The notes under the pieces were generated by a model. The model was not told the origin of the DNA and made no database searches. It saw nothing but the letters and a program-made list of their open reading frames with translations. Below are positions 1 through 9,312 of a DNA stretch of 41,881 nucleotides, piece after piece. The DNA is from Candidatus Calditenuaceae archaeon HR02 (GTDB lineage Archaea > Thermoproteota > Nitrososphaeria_A > Caldarchaeales > Calditenuaceae), in assembly GCA_002898395.1 (NCBI GenBank), contig BEHE01000016.1, positions 1 to 41,881 on the forward strand, given 5' to 3'. Position numbers and translations under genes: made by a program. Every line of letters starts with the position of its first letter. Within the stretch, counting starts at the first letter, position 1.

Positions 1-381
1 CACCTCATGCATCCAGCTACCGAAGCCGTATACCCTATGCTCTAGGCCTAGGCTCTTACAAGCGGCCAAGTAATGACTCACACCACCAGCATATACTGGA
101 TGCCTCCCAAACCTCCTGACAAGCTCCCTAGGAACCTCTCAACTACCAGCTGATTTCTAGTACGGGAGAGCCACATACCCAGTATCCTCCTGCTATGAAG
201 AACCAAGCACTAGAACCACCTATCCTAACCTCAGTATCATCTATCACGAATAGTGATACCCTACATCTAGATGCGTAGAGGACGACAGGCACCGGAGTCC
301 CAGAGACCATCAAGAAAACCCATAAACAAAGAACAAGAGAACCAGGCCATAAACAAAACCATAAAAAAACTTAACAGACCC
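1..381 (-). mobile_element. IS6-family element remnant with frameshifted transposase, continuing beyond the window's left edge
   Basis: Minus-strand fragments in shifting frames read IDDTEVRIGGSSAWFFIA / RRILGMWLSRTRNQLVVERFL / ELVRRFGRHPVY / AACKSLGLEHRVYGFGSWMHEV, typical of archaeal IS6 DDE transposases. The end at ~369-381 reads GGGTCTGTTAAG on the minus strand, resembling IS6 terminal repeats. Confidence 0.75.
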
Positions 382-424
382 GGCTGTAGGAAGGGTAACG
401 CTCATATATCGACGCATTTTAGCC

Positions 425-982
425 TTGATGGTTTATATGCGCATAAATGAGAAGAAAGTGGCTCTCTTCATCGAGAGGTTCAGGGGGCAGGGAGGAATAG
501 TAGAACTCGTGCAGAGCTGGGATGAGGCTCTTGACCTCATCGAGAGGAAGGCTAGAACTGTCGCCGGCCCAGTGGCGGTAGCTACATGCGATAGAAAGCG
601 TCTCGATGGCATCAGAAAAAGGTTGGATGGCATATCCAGGCTTGTTGGTCCTCATGCATCGCCCACCGATATCGCCGGCTGCAGTCTAGGCATAACCTTC
701 CCTGCGGCTGGAATAGCTGAGACTGGCTCAATACTTGAAATCTGCTATGACGATTCAGACAGACTGGTCTCAACCCTGCCGTCAAACCACATCGCCTACC
801 TAGAGTCTTTCAATATCCTAGAAGGACTGCTGGAGGTAGCCCCACTCGTAAGGCAGGCATCAAGGCAAAACAACTTTTCAGCAACCATAATATCCGGGCC
901 GAGCAGGACCGCCGACATCGAGCTAAGACAGGTCGTAGGCGTTCATGGACCGCAGGCCGTCACGGTCCTACTCAAGGTGTAG
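425..982 (+). CDS. lutC: LutC/YkgG (LUD domain) lactate utilization protein
   Basis: Motifs GIAETGS, DRLVSTLP, ISGPSRTADIE and VGVHGP; 6 nt upstream of a LutB-like gene. Exact start uncertain. Confidence 0.85.
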   Translation: MMVYMRINEKKVALFIERFRGQGGIVELVQSWDEALDLIERKARTVAGPVAVATCDRKRLDGIRKRLDGISRLVGPHASPTDIAGCSLGITFPAAGIAETGSILEICYDDSDRLVSTLPSNHIAYLESFNILEGLLEVAPLVRQASRQNNFSATIISGPSRTADIELRQVVGVHGPQAVTVLLKV

Positions 983-988
983 GCTGAG

Positions 989-3094
989 TTGACATCGTAC
1001 AGTGCCTTGGAAGAGGTGGTGAGAAGGAGGCTCAGGCAGGGGCCGGTTAGGGGGCTATACTCTGCGATGCGTAGAGGCCTCGAGGGTAGGGCGAAGGCCA
1101 TAGCAGAGATGGGGGACTACGAGGCCTTTAGGAGCGAGGCGAGGAGGATAAAGGAGAGAAGCGTCGCAAGATTCTCTGAGCTGGTAGATACCTTTACCAG
1201 AAATGCTGAGAAGAGGGGGGCGAAGGTTTATTTCGCCCGCGATGGAGAGGAGGCAGTCAAGATAATAGTGAGAATAGCGAGGGACGCTCAGGCGCGCCTA
1301 GTAGCCAAGTCAAAATCCCTGACCAGCGAGGAAATCCTGCTCAACGATGGGCTTCAGGCTCAAGGACTTAATGTTATCGAGACAGACCTGGGAGAGAGGA
1401 TAATACAGCTGGCACGCGAGAAGCCAAGCCACCTAGTCTTCCCGGCGATCCACAAGACGTTGGAGGATGTGAACCTGCTCTTCTCGGAAGAAGCTCGCAG
1501 AGAGATAAGCAGCGACATTCGAGAGATTATGAACTATATTCGCCAGAGACTTCGCGAAATCTTCCTCACAGCTGACATAGGCTTCAACGGAGCCAATGTG
1601 GCTATAGCTGAGATAGGTGCGGTGGTCCTAGAGACTAATGAAGGGAACGGTAGGATGACCTCCAGCCTCCCACGAGTACAGGTGGTCCTAGTCGGCATAG
1701 AGAAGATTGTTGAGACGGTAGAGGAGGCCCTCATACTAGCTGGGGCTCATGCTGTCGCTGCGACGGGGCAGAGACTCACGACTTACGTCTCCATCATGGC
1801 GGGGAGGTCGCCTATGGCAGGGGACAGTTCCCGCGAGATGCACATAGTCCTCCTAGACAATGGAAGAAGCAGGATGCTGAGTGAAGATATCTTCAGGGAG
1901 GCTCTATACTGCATAAGATGCGGCGCCTGCATGAACGTCTGCGCTCCCTATAGCGTAACAGGCGGCCACATCTTTGGCCACATATATCCAGGGCCTATCG
2001 GTATACCTTGGACCGCAAACATCCACGGGCTTGACGAGGCATCCTTCGCCCACCTCTGCATATCATGTGGACTCTGCAAAGAAGTCTGCCCCATCTCCAT
2101 CAACATACCACTCATGATTTCGAGGGTCAAGAACCTCCTAGCATCCAGGTACGGTTACCCCAAGGCTGACAAGTCTATGATGAGATACGAGACCCTCGGC
2201 AAGCTTGCATCCCAACTAGCACCAGTGAGCAACTGGTTCCTGAAGACCCGCGCATCTCGATACCTGCTTGAAAAACTGGTGGGCCTCGACCGCACAGTAC
2301 CTCTCCCAGAGTTCAGGCGTGATACGTTCGTCAAGAGGTTTAATCGGGTTAGGGTGGAGGTGCCGACTCCACGGGCGAGGGTCGCACTCTTCTTAGACTT
2401 CTTCCCCAACTATTGTAGGCCGGAGATTGCTGAAAGTCTAGTCACGGCTCTCCAGCTAGCCGGAGTGAAAGTTGAGCTGCCGCCCCAGCTTACCTCTGGA
2501 TATCCGCTGATAGCCTATGGAGACTGGGAGGGAGCTAAGAAGTATGCAGCTAGGAATGTGGAACTACTCTCAAGCTATGTTGAGCAAGGGTATAGTATCG
2601 TCTCTATCGAGCCAACGGCAACCTACACTCTGAAAAACATATACCCGTACCTGCTGAAAGATGATGGGAGGGCAGAAGCATTAGCCAAAAACACCCTCGA
2701 GGCCCTCCAGGTCCTCTGGGGATTGGTTAGCGAGGGGCTGTTGACTGTGAGGGCGCGCTTTAAGAAGCGCTATGGCATCCACGTACCGTGCCACCAGAGG
2801 CCACTCTCGGGGGTTGAGAATGTGTTGGCCCTTATGCGGGAGGCAGGGCTGGAGGCTGTCGTCATAGAGGATGGCATGTGTTGCGGGATGGGTGGAACGT
2901 TTGGATTGAAGCGCGGCCCCATAGGCAGGGAGCTCTCCAAGGCCATGGGGGCTAGGCTCTTCGAATTCTTCAACTCCGGCGGTGTCGAGACCATAGTCAC
3001 TGAGAGCAGTGTCTGCGCAATCCATCTAGCAGAAGGCGCGAATGTAGAAGTGTTTCACCCGCTCGACATACTATGCTTTGAGAAACCAAGCTAA
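989..3094 (+). CDS. lutB: LutB/LldF Fe-S protein fused to C-terminal CCG (LutA/GlcF-like) domains
   Basis: KSKSLTSEE, ETDLGE, PSHLVFPAIH and NEGNGR motifs; two ferredoxin motifs (CIRCGACMNVC, CISCGLCKEVC); C-terminal HVPCH and CCGMGG. Confidence 0.88.
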   Translation: MTSYSALEEVVRRRLRQGPVRGLYSAMRRGLEGRAKAIAEMGDYEAFRSEARRIKERSVARFSELVDTFTRNAEKRGAKVYFARDGEEAVKIIVRIARDAQARLVAKSKSLTSEEILLNDGLQAQGLNVIETDLGERIIQLAREKPSHLVFPAIHKTLEDVNLLFSEEARREISSDIREIMNYIRQRLREIFLTADIGFNGANVAIAEIGAVVLETNEGNGRMTSSLPRVQVVLVGIEKIVETVEEALILAGAHAVAATGQRLTTYVSIMAGRSPMAGDSSREMHIVLLDNGRSRMLSEDIFREALYCIRCGACMNVCAPYSVTGGHIFGHIYPGPIGIPWTANIHGLDEASFAHLCISCGLCKEVCPISINIPLMISRVKNLLASRYGYPKADKSMMRYETLGKLASQLAPVSNWFLKTRASRYLLEKLVGLDRTVPLPEFRRDTFVKRFNRVRVEVPTPRARVALFLDFFPNYCRPEIAESLVTALQLAGVKVELPPQLTSGYPLIAYGDWEGAKKYAARNVELLSSYVEQGYSIVSIEPTATYTLKNIYPYLLKDDGRAEALAKNTLEALQVLWGLVSEGLLTVRARFKKRYGIHVPCHQRPLSGVENVLALMREAGLEAVVIEDGMCCGMGGTFGLKRGPIGRELSKAMGARLFEFFNSGGVETIVTESSVCAIHLAEGANVEVFHPLDILCFEKPS

Positions 3095-3117
3095 AAATAG
3101 GTGGATAAACACTCCCG

Positions 3118-3522
3118 CTATGCTTTTCCAAACCACGCCTTTACGTGCGGCCTAGTTAAATAGTATAGTATCAGCCCATTTATTATAATCCCTATGATGC
3201 TTGTTGGGTTACCTATTATGGAGACCAGCCCAATTATTATCCCTATTATCGAGAATATTATTCCAAGAATCCACGCCCAGCCCTTTCCTGTCCAGAAACC
3301 GTAGGCTATAACGAACCCTATCAGTGCTAAGATTAGAAGTAGACCGCCAAAAGCAACCCCAAATGCCGCGAAGAGGCCACCCATAACCCCTAACTCTGAG
3401 CCCGCTCCTGCCAATGCACCGAGGGCGAAGAAAGCCATGGCAGCCAGCAGAGACAGTATAGCACCTATTATTTCAAGAATAGCTAGAACCGTTACACCTG
3501 TAGGCCTAGTTTTGCTCGACAC
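3118..3522 (-). CDS. Small four-helix membrane protein
   Basis: RPTGVTVLAIL...YYLTRPHVKAWF with four hydrophobic segments; TATA-like element about 25 nt upstream. Confidence 0.8.
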   Translation of the reverse strand: MSSKTRPTGVTVLAILEIIGAILSLLAAMAFFALGALAGAGSELGVMGGLFAAFGVAFGGLLLILALIGFVIAYGFWTGKGWAWILGIIFSIIGIIIGLVSIIGNPTSIIGIIINGLILYYLTRPHVKAWFGKA

Positions 3523-3663
3523 GAATCTTTGTAAGTTGAAGCGCTTATATACTTTTCCACTCCGAAGAAAACCGCCGCGACGTTCATAATCCCCATGTTA
3601 AGACCAAATTGGTATTCTTGCCTCTTCAGGGTATAAATGCCGGGCTCAGGACTGGTATGTGTG

Positions 3664-4989
3664 ATGAGCGATTATGAGGCGCTTCTGAGGCGTGTTTTGA
3701 GCCTAGTGGGGGAGGATAGGCGTGAGGAGATAGAAGTGGAGGTTGAGAGGCGGGTTGCCGAGGATCCGAGGCTGACACGCCTAGGCGCCCTCTATATTGT
3801 GGCCGGCGAGCTTGGGGTTTTTGAGGGGATTAAGCAGGGGTCCTCTACCGTCGCCTTGTCCAAGCTGGTGGGTGGGCTTGGGTCAGTGAACATTGAGGCC
3901 AGAGTGATAGGAGTGTCTAGGCCGAGGCGTGAGCCACCGATAGTTTATCTCAGGCTTGGAGATGACTCAGGGGTTGTCGACGCCATTGCTTGGGGGGATG
4001 CAATACGCAGGCTTGAGGCGACTGGAGTGGCTATTGGTAAGAGCATCTTGGTGAAGGGAGCTTATACCCGGGAGCGCCCCGACGGCACGGTTGAAGTGCA
4101 TCTCGGCGAGCATGCAGAGATATCCGAGGCGAGGCCGGGCCTTCCTCCCTTAGAGCATTTCTTCGCCGAGTTGCCCGATGTCTTTGAGGCCCGCGGAGCT
4201 GTTGACTTCAAGGCGGTTATTCTTGGTTTCGCAGAGGCGAGGAGTGTCTCCGTGAAGGGCGAGGATGTGGGTGTTAGGGACTTGCTCGTAGGCTGGCGGG
4301 GTATCAAGGCTGAACTAAGTCTGTGGAGAGAGCATTTAGGCCTCCTAGGCGAGAGTGATATTGGCAAGACAGTCTATGTTGCTGGGGCCAAGTGGTCTCC
4401 CGGAGGCACCCTATCAACAACTTCGCGCTCCAGCATACATATTCCCACGCTACCTGCGCAGGAGCCAATACTCATCAAGATTGACCGAAGGCTCCCACAA
4501 CAGGGAATGCTGCTCGGCATAACGCAATACGGTGTGGACAGGGTGTATTCTGAGAGCATCAGGCCCGGCCAACTAATATCTGTTAAGAAGATGCATTATA
4601 GGCGTGTTGGGAAGGGCTGGGCAATCATTCCCCTCGAATATGAGTTGGCCGAGGCGGAGGCTGAGCCACGGCCAAGGATACAGAGCATAGGCGACCTACG
4701 CGTTGGAATGGTGGACGCCTCTGTTAAGGGTGAGGTGTTTTCAAAATCACCCGCCACGCGCCTGAAGACCAAGAGGGGTGAGACTGACTTCTCAAGCTTC
4801 TGGCTCAGGGATGCGTCCGGATCGATATTCTGCAAGGCATGGGGTGGGGCTGTAAAGATGTTGGAAGAGGTCAGGGAGGGTGAGCTAGTGGCCCTACACT
4901 TTGTCAGGATTGTTAGGAATCCCTGGGGCGAGCGAGAAGTCTATATCGGTGAGGAATCCCTTGTAGCCCCCTCAGGCGAGCTTGCCTAA
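3664..4989 (+). CDS. rpa: Replication protein A / multi-OB-fold ssDNA-binding protein
   Basis: Repeated OB-fold signatures (LGDDSGVVDAIAWGD, LRDASGSIFCKAWG, EVHLGE). Start taken at ATG 3664; the ORF track starts at 3637. Confidence 0.75.
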   Translation: MSDYEALLRRVLSLVGEDRREEIEVEVERRVAEDPRLTRLGALYIVAGELGVFEGIKQGSSTVALSKLVGGLGSVNIEARVIGVSRPRREPPIVYLRLGDDSGVVDAIAWGDAIRRLEATGVAIGKSILVKGAYTRERPDGTVEVHLGEHAEISEARPGLPPLEHFFAELPDVFEARGAVDFKAVILGFAEARSVSVKGEDVGVRDLLVGWRGIKAELSLWREHLGLLGESDIGKTVYVAGAKWSPGGTLSTTSRSSIHIPTLPAQEPILIKIDRRLPQQGMLLGITQYGVDRVYSESIRPGQLISVKKMHYRRVGKGWAIIPLEYELAEAEAEPRPRIQSIGDLRVGMVDASVKGEVFSKSPATRLKTKRGETDFSSFWLRDASGSIFCKAWGGAVKMLEEVREGELVALHFVRIVRNPWGEREVYIGEESLVAPSGELA

Positions 4990-5762
4990 ACCCCTTGAGT
5001 CCGAGTGGTCGCCTGACTAGCCGCCCCTGAGCCCGCCAGCCTTTGCTGGAGGGCTCTTAATGTGGGTCCAATGATTATTCCTCTGCCCCTGACTATCTCG
5101 AAGGTGTAGATTGAGTGGTCTGCAGGAGACCAGCGCATCTTCCTTACAAGCAGGGTCCTAACTAGGCGGCCATCCAAGTTGACCAGGCCGAGGACGATTA
5201 CGCCCGATGAGAGGTATTCCTCATACCCAAACCTGCTGAGCTGGGTAGAGCCGGAGGGAATGTCGCAGGTCAGCATGGTGGTCGCTCCAATCTTCTCCTC
5301 CAAATAGATTATGATTTCGCGAATGTATTCTCGGATTGCGTACTCGTCAGCCGCGCCGAAGGCCATGGCAGATATGGGGTCAAGGACTATCCGCGAGACC
5401 TCTCCTCCCCGCGTCATCTTGATTATTGTGTCAATATACGCTCGGCTATCCTTCCTGTAGCGACCTAAGTCCTCTGAGTAGATGCGTATCTCGAAGGGGA
5501 AGAACCTTCCCTCCCTGTAGGGTGTCCAGAAGTCCCATCCAAGCGTCATAGCACCGTCAAGCACACCGTTAATCCTCTCATCTAGCGAGACATAGGACAC
5601 CTTCTCCCCCCGCCTCAGACCCTCCATCAAGAAGTGGAGGGAGAGGATCGTCTTCCCCACACCAGTCTCGCCCGTGACCAAGTACGTCTTGCCAGGTATC
5701 AGCCCCCCTCCCGTTATCCGGTCGAGGGTTGGGATGCCTGTCGAGACGCGGATTGAAGACAT
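4986..5762 (-). CDS. KaiC/RAD55-family RecA-superfamily ATPase, single domain
   Basis: STGIPTLD, Walker A GETGVGKT, Walker B RIVLDPIS, C-terminal VRKMR. Confidence 0.88.
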   Translation of the reverse strand: MSSIRVSTGIPTLDRITGGGLIPGKTYLVTGETGVGKTILSLHFLMEGLRRGEKVSYVSLDERINGVLDGAMTLGWDFWTPYREGRFFPFEIRIYSEDLGRYRKDSRAYIDTIIKMTRGGEVSRIVLDPISAMAFGAADEYAIREYIREIIIYLEEKIGATTMLTCDIPSGSTQLSRFGYEEYLSSGVIVLGLVNLDGRLVRTLLVRKMRWSPADHSIYTFEIVRGRGIIIGPTLRALQQRLAGSGAASQATTRTQGV

Positions 5763-5865
5763 TCACCCATCAATGTCTCCCGCCCATATAAATATGGGCT
5801 GGATATGGAGCCCTTCCAGGGCCCTAATTTTTATTCTGCCTTTAACGACTAGCCGGGTGAGCATT

Positions 5866-6093
5866 ATGCTGTTTCCCATCAGGTGTTTCAGCTGCGGAGC
5901 CCCTATAGGGCATCTCTGGGAGAGATACAACAAGCTTGTTAAGTCTGGGATGAAGCCCGCAGAGGCCCTCGACTCGCTGGGAGTTAAGAGGTACTGCTGC
6001 AGAAGGATGTTCATCTCACACGTAGAAGTCATAGACAGCTTCTTAGAATTCTCCGTCGCATCGGGTGGGGGTAGGAGTAATTGGGGAGGATAA
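5866..6093 (+). CDS. rpoN: DNA-directed RNA polymerase subunit N (Rpo10)
   Basis: MLFPIRCFSCG...LGVKRYCCRRMFISHV. Start set at ATG 5866, after the GGTGA SD at 5856-5860. Confidence 0.95.
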   Translation: MLFPIRCFSCGAPIGHLWERYNKLVKSGMKPAEALDSLGVKRYCCRRMFISHVEVIDSFLEFSVASGGGRSNWGG

Positions 6094-7328
6094 CCAGCCT
6101 GGCCGGTAGGGTGGTCTTTGACTCTCGAGGAGACAAGACGATAGAGGTTGAAGCGGCTGTAGACGGTGTGAGGGGGCGTGCAGCTGCTCCCGCCGGCAAG
6201 AGCAGGGGTAAGAGAGAGGTGGAGCCTTATCCACCCGGAGGACCTGAAGCCGCTGTCAAAATATTGAGGGAGAAGGTTGCGCCGAGGATTGTGGGACGTG
6301 AATACTACGGCTTCATCGAGTTCGACCAGCTTCTACAGGAGATTGACGGAACACCCAACTTCTCAAATATCGGAGGAAACACTGCGCTCGCGACATCAAT
6401 AGCAGCGCTAACGGCCTATGCGGCCCTCCGAGGCGAATCTCTCTATAAGCTCATAGCCCGGGAAACAGGGCAGGAACCCGCACTCCCACTCCCACTAGGC
6501 AATGTACTGGGCGGCGGGAAACACGCCGGCCAGGGCGCGCCAGAGATCCAAGAGTATCTCGTCATACCGCTGGATCCTAAGACAATCCACGAGGCGTTGG
6601 AGGCTAACATAAGGACGCATAGAAAGCTTGGGGAGATACTCTCGAGGAGGGTAAGCGGGTTTCCACTTGGGAAAGGTGATGAGGGTGGTTATGCTCCGCC
6701 AATCTCTGTGGAGGCAGCCCTTGACGCCGTTAGGGAGGCTGCCCAGAGGGTAGGTGACGAGATGGGGATTAGGATGGGCGTTGGCCTGGATGTTGCTGCT
6801 GGGAGCATATACGATGAGTCCTCGCGGAGATACGTCCTGAAGAGTCAGGGACTCTACCTAGACCGTGAAGGCTTCCTCAACTATATCGCAGAGCTGGCTG
6901 AAAAGGCAAGCCTAGTATACATAGAAGACCCCTTCCTAGAGGATGACCCCGACGCCTTCGCCGAGCTGAGGAAACTGCTCCCCAACACTCTAATCTGCGG
7001 TGACGACCTAGTTGTTACGCGGCGAGGGCTGATCGAGGATTATCTGAAGAAGAGGGCGATTAACGCGGCCATCATTAAGCCCAACCAGGTCGGGAGCCTA
7101 TCCCTGACCTGGAGCGCAGTAGAGGCCTGTCTAAAGGGTGGCGCGGTGCCAGTGGCCTCCCACAGGTCCGGTGAAACAAACGACACCTATCTCTCACACA
7201 TCGCGGTGGGAATGGGCTGTAAGGTGATTAAAGCGGGGGTTTTAGGGGGTGAAAGGATCGCCAAGGCCAACGAGCTGGTCAGGATCAGCGAAGAAGTTGG
7301 GTCTTCCAAGCTCAGGAGGATAGTCTAA
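6081..7328 (+). CDS. eno: Enolase
   Basis: DSRG, GGGKHA, GDEGG, IEDPF, GDDL, IKPNQVG and SHRSGET motifs; overlaps the rpoN stop by 13 nt. Confidence 0.95.
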   Translation: MGRITSLAGRVVFDSRGDKTIEVEAAVDGVRGRAAAPAGKSRGKREVEPYPPGGPEAAVKILREKVAPRIVGREYYGFIEFDQLLQEIDGTPNFSNIGGNTALATSIAALTAYAALRGESLYKLIARETGQEPALPLPLGNVLGGGKHAGQGAPEIQEYLVIPLDPKTIHEALEANIRTHRKLGEILSRRVSGFPLGKGDEGGYAPPISVEAALDAVREAAQRVGDEMGIRMGVGLDVAAGSIYDESSRRYVLKSQGLYLDREGFLNYIAELAEKASLVYIEDPFLEDDPDAFAELRKLLPNTLICGDDLVVTRRGLIEDYLKKRAINAAIIKPNQVGSLSLTWSAVEACLKGGAVPVASHRSGETNDTYLSHIAVGMGCKVIKAGVLGGERIAKANELVRISEEVGSSKLRRIV

Positions 7329-7430
7329 ACCCTTCTCGCTATGTAGGGGTGCCCTGTAAGGTATATGAATACAGTTTCATCCCCTATCTTGTGCAGGGTA
7401 GGCTCAAGGTGGCTAAACAGGTGATGACTC

Positions 7431-8075
7431 GTGGAGGTTAGAGATTATCTCTCACCCGACGTGGAGCTTCAGGAACTCCTCGTTAAGAGTGGGGTGCATC
7501 TCGGAGCCAAGGTAAAGGTCGCCCATATGGAGCGCTTCATATACAGGATGAGGCCAGATGGGGTATACCTGTTCGAGGCTAAGAAACTTCTAGAACGGCT
7601 AAACATCGCGGCCCGGTTCATGGCCCTGTTCGAGCCCTCCAAAATCCTAGTTGTCTCGACACACGTATATGGGATAAGAGCTGTTCAACGGTTCTGCGAG
7701 GTCACAGGATGCATACCCGTCGCCGGGAAGATACCGGCCGGAATCCTGACAAACCGAACACTAAAATACTATGTCGAGCCGGAGGTTGTGCTAGTCTCTG
7801 ACCCCCGCTACGACTTGCAAGCAGTGGTGGAGGCCTCGATAGCTAGGAAGCCGGTAATAGCTATGTGCAGTACAGATAACGTGTGTAACAATATAGACCT
7901 AATAATACCTATGAATAATAGGGGCAGGACCTCCCTTCCATTCGCCTTCTGGTATCTTGCGCGTAGATACCTGATTGAGCGGGGCGAGGCCACGCCTGAA
8001 CTCTTGTCATCCCTGACGATTGAGCAATTCACCGCCCAGCCAGTCCCGGGAGAGGAGTATCAGCAGATAGTCTAG
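7431..8075 (+). CDS. rps2: 30S ribosomal protein S2 (uS2)
   Basis: GVHLG, RPDGVY, DPRYDLQAVVEA and IPMNNRGR; GGTGA SD upstream. Confidence 0.95.
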   Translation: MEVRDYLSPDVELQELLVKSGVHLGAKVKVAHMERFIYRMRPDGVYLFEAKKLLERLNIAARFMALFEPSKILVVSTHVYGIRAVQRFCEVTGCIPVAGKIPAGILTNRTLKYYVEPEVVLVSDPRYDLQAVVEASIARKPVIAMCSTDNVCNNIDLIIPMNNRGRTSLPFAFWYLARRYLIERGEATPELLSSLTIEQFTAQPVPGEEYQQIV

Positions 8076-8081
8076 CGGAGT

Positions 8082-9233
8082 CTATTGCTCCGCTGTTATT
8101 ATGTGTCCGGCTATAGAGCCGAGCATTATCCTTCTGTCCCCAGTCACGGTCCAGCCTACATCCTCTAGAGCGCGGGTGACCACGACGGGCTTACTAGCGA
8201 TAAGTGTGAGGCTTGCGCCCGGTAAGGCCCGTCTCATAGACATGAATGCCTTGGTGTAGAAGCTATAGGGGTCGCGGAGCCCCATCCTCACCCCGAACGG
8301 CGGGTTGCAGACGATCTTGCTGTAGGGCTTCTTGATGAACTTCTCAAGGACCAGAGCATCACCCGCTGACAGATTTACACATCCCTTCAAGCCAGCCCTC
8401 TCCAGATTCGTCTCCGCATCTGAGAGAGCTTTAGGCGACGCATCCATACCCGCTATATCTAGCGGCCTAGGGGCCTCTTCCTCACCCATCAACCTCTCTC
8501 TCAAGCCGCTAAGTATCTCGTGGCTGAAGATTCTAAGTCTAGTCATTGCGAGGTTTTTCATTCTTAAGCCCGGGTGGATGTTTAGGGCGTGTATCGCTGC
8601 CTCGATCGGAATTGTTCCTGAGCCGCAGAATGGGTCTAGCAGAGATTCGCTTGGCTGCCAGCCCGCAATCATCAGCATCGAGTGTGCCACGGTCGGTGAG
8701 AGGCCAGCCCGGTGGTGTCTGACCCTGTAGTATCTGTGGTGGAGTGAGAGGCCGGTGGTGTTAAGGCCTAAGATGAAGTCACTGTCCCTCAAGATTGCTA
8801 GAAACTCGACGTCAGGGTTGTTTAGGTCAACCCTCAGCCTCACACCAGTCGCATTTCTGTATGACTCGATTATAGCCTCCCCCACAACGGCTGCTATGTC
8901 TAGGCTGGTGAAATCGTGCCTGCCATGTCTCTCAGCCCTCACTGCGAAGCTCTGCCCCCTATCTATAAGTTCAACTAGGTTTGGCGAAGCCGCTACCCCC
9001 TCTATCTCGGCCAGACTTCTAGCTTCACCCCGCGCCACAAGTAGATAGACCTTGTTCACACTCTTGGCTGAGTAGTTGAGGAGGGCGCATCCCTCCGGCT
9101 CCGTCTCGAAGAAGACCTTTGAGACGTCAACTATAGCCTCCACTCCGAGGAGCCTCGAGACCTCGGCAGCCGCTATGTCCTCAAGTCCTGTCACACATGT
9201 TGCAAAGAATTTCAATGCGTCCCTAAACCCCAT
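8082..9233 (-). CDS. THUMP-domain tRNA guanine-N2 methyltransferase (Trm14/TrmN-like)
   Basis: N-terminal THUMP region (SFAVRAERHGRHDFTS), SAM motif DPFCGSGTIPIE, NPPFG. Confidence 0.88.
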   Translation of the reverse strand: MGFRDALKFFATCVTGLEDIAAAEVSRLLGVEAIVDVSKVFFETEPEGCALLNYSAKSVNKVYLLVARGEARSLAEIEGVAASPNLVELIDRGQSFAVRAERHGRHDFTSLDIAAVVGEAIIESYRNATGVRLRVDLNNPDVEFLAILRDSDFILGLNTTGLSLHHRYYRVRHHRAGLSPTVAHSMLMIAGWQPSESLLDPFCGSGTIPIEAAIHALNIHPGLRMKNLAMTRLRIFSHEILSGLRERLMGEEEAPRPLDIAGMDASPKALSDAETNLERAGLKGCVNLSAGDALVLEKFIKKPYSKIVCNPPFGVRMGLRDPYSFYTKAFMSMRRALPGASLTLIASKPVVVTRALEDVGWTVTGDRRIMLGSIAGHIITAEQ

Positions 9234-9312
9234 CCAACAATAATCCCTAAGCTATCCTGACAATAAATGCTATTAGAAGTATGTAGGACGGACGGGTGGT
9301 CTTGTTATATTA

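Noticed and set aside
318-369. CCATAAACAAA short repeats as a CRISPR or iteron array
   Set aside because: Only three short imperfect copies at irregular spacing inside an IS end; no CRISPR array or cas gene is seen in the window.
5674-5865. N-terminal extension of RpoN in the ORF track
   Set aside because: It overlaps the divergent ATPase gene; family similarity and the SD begin at 5866.
7329-7430. tRNA or C/D sRNA between eno and rps2 (contains GTGATGA)
   Set aside because: No cloverleaf and no matching D box; GGTGA is explained as the rps2 SD.
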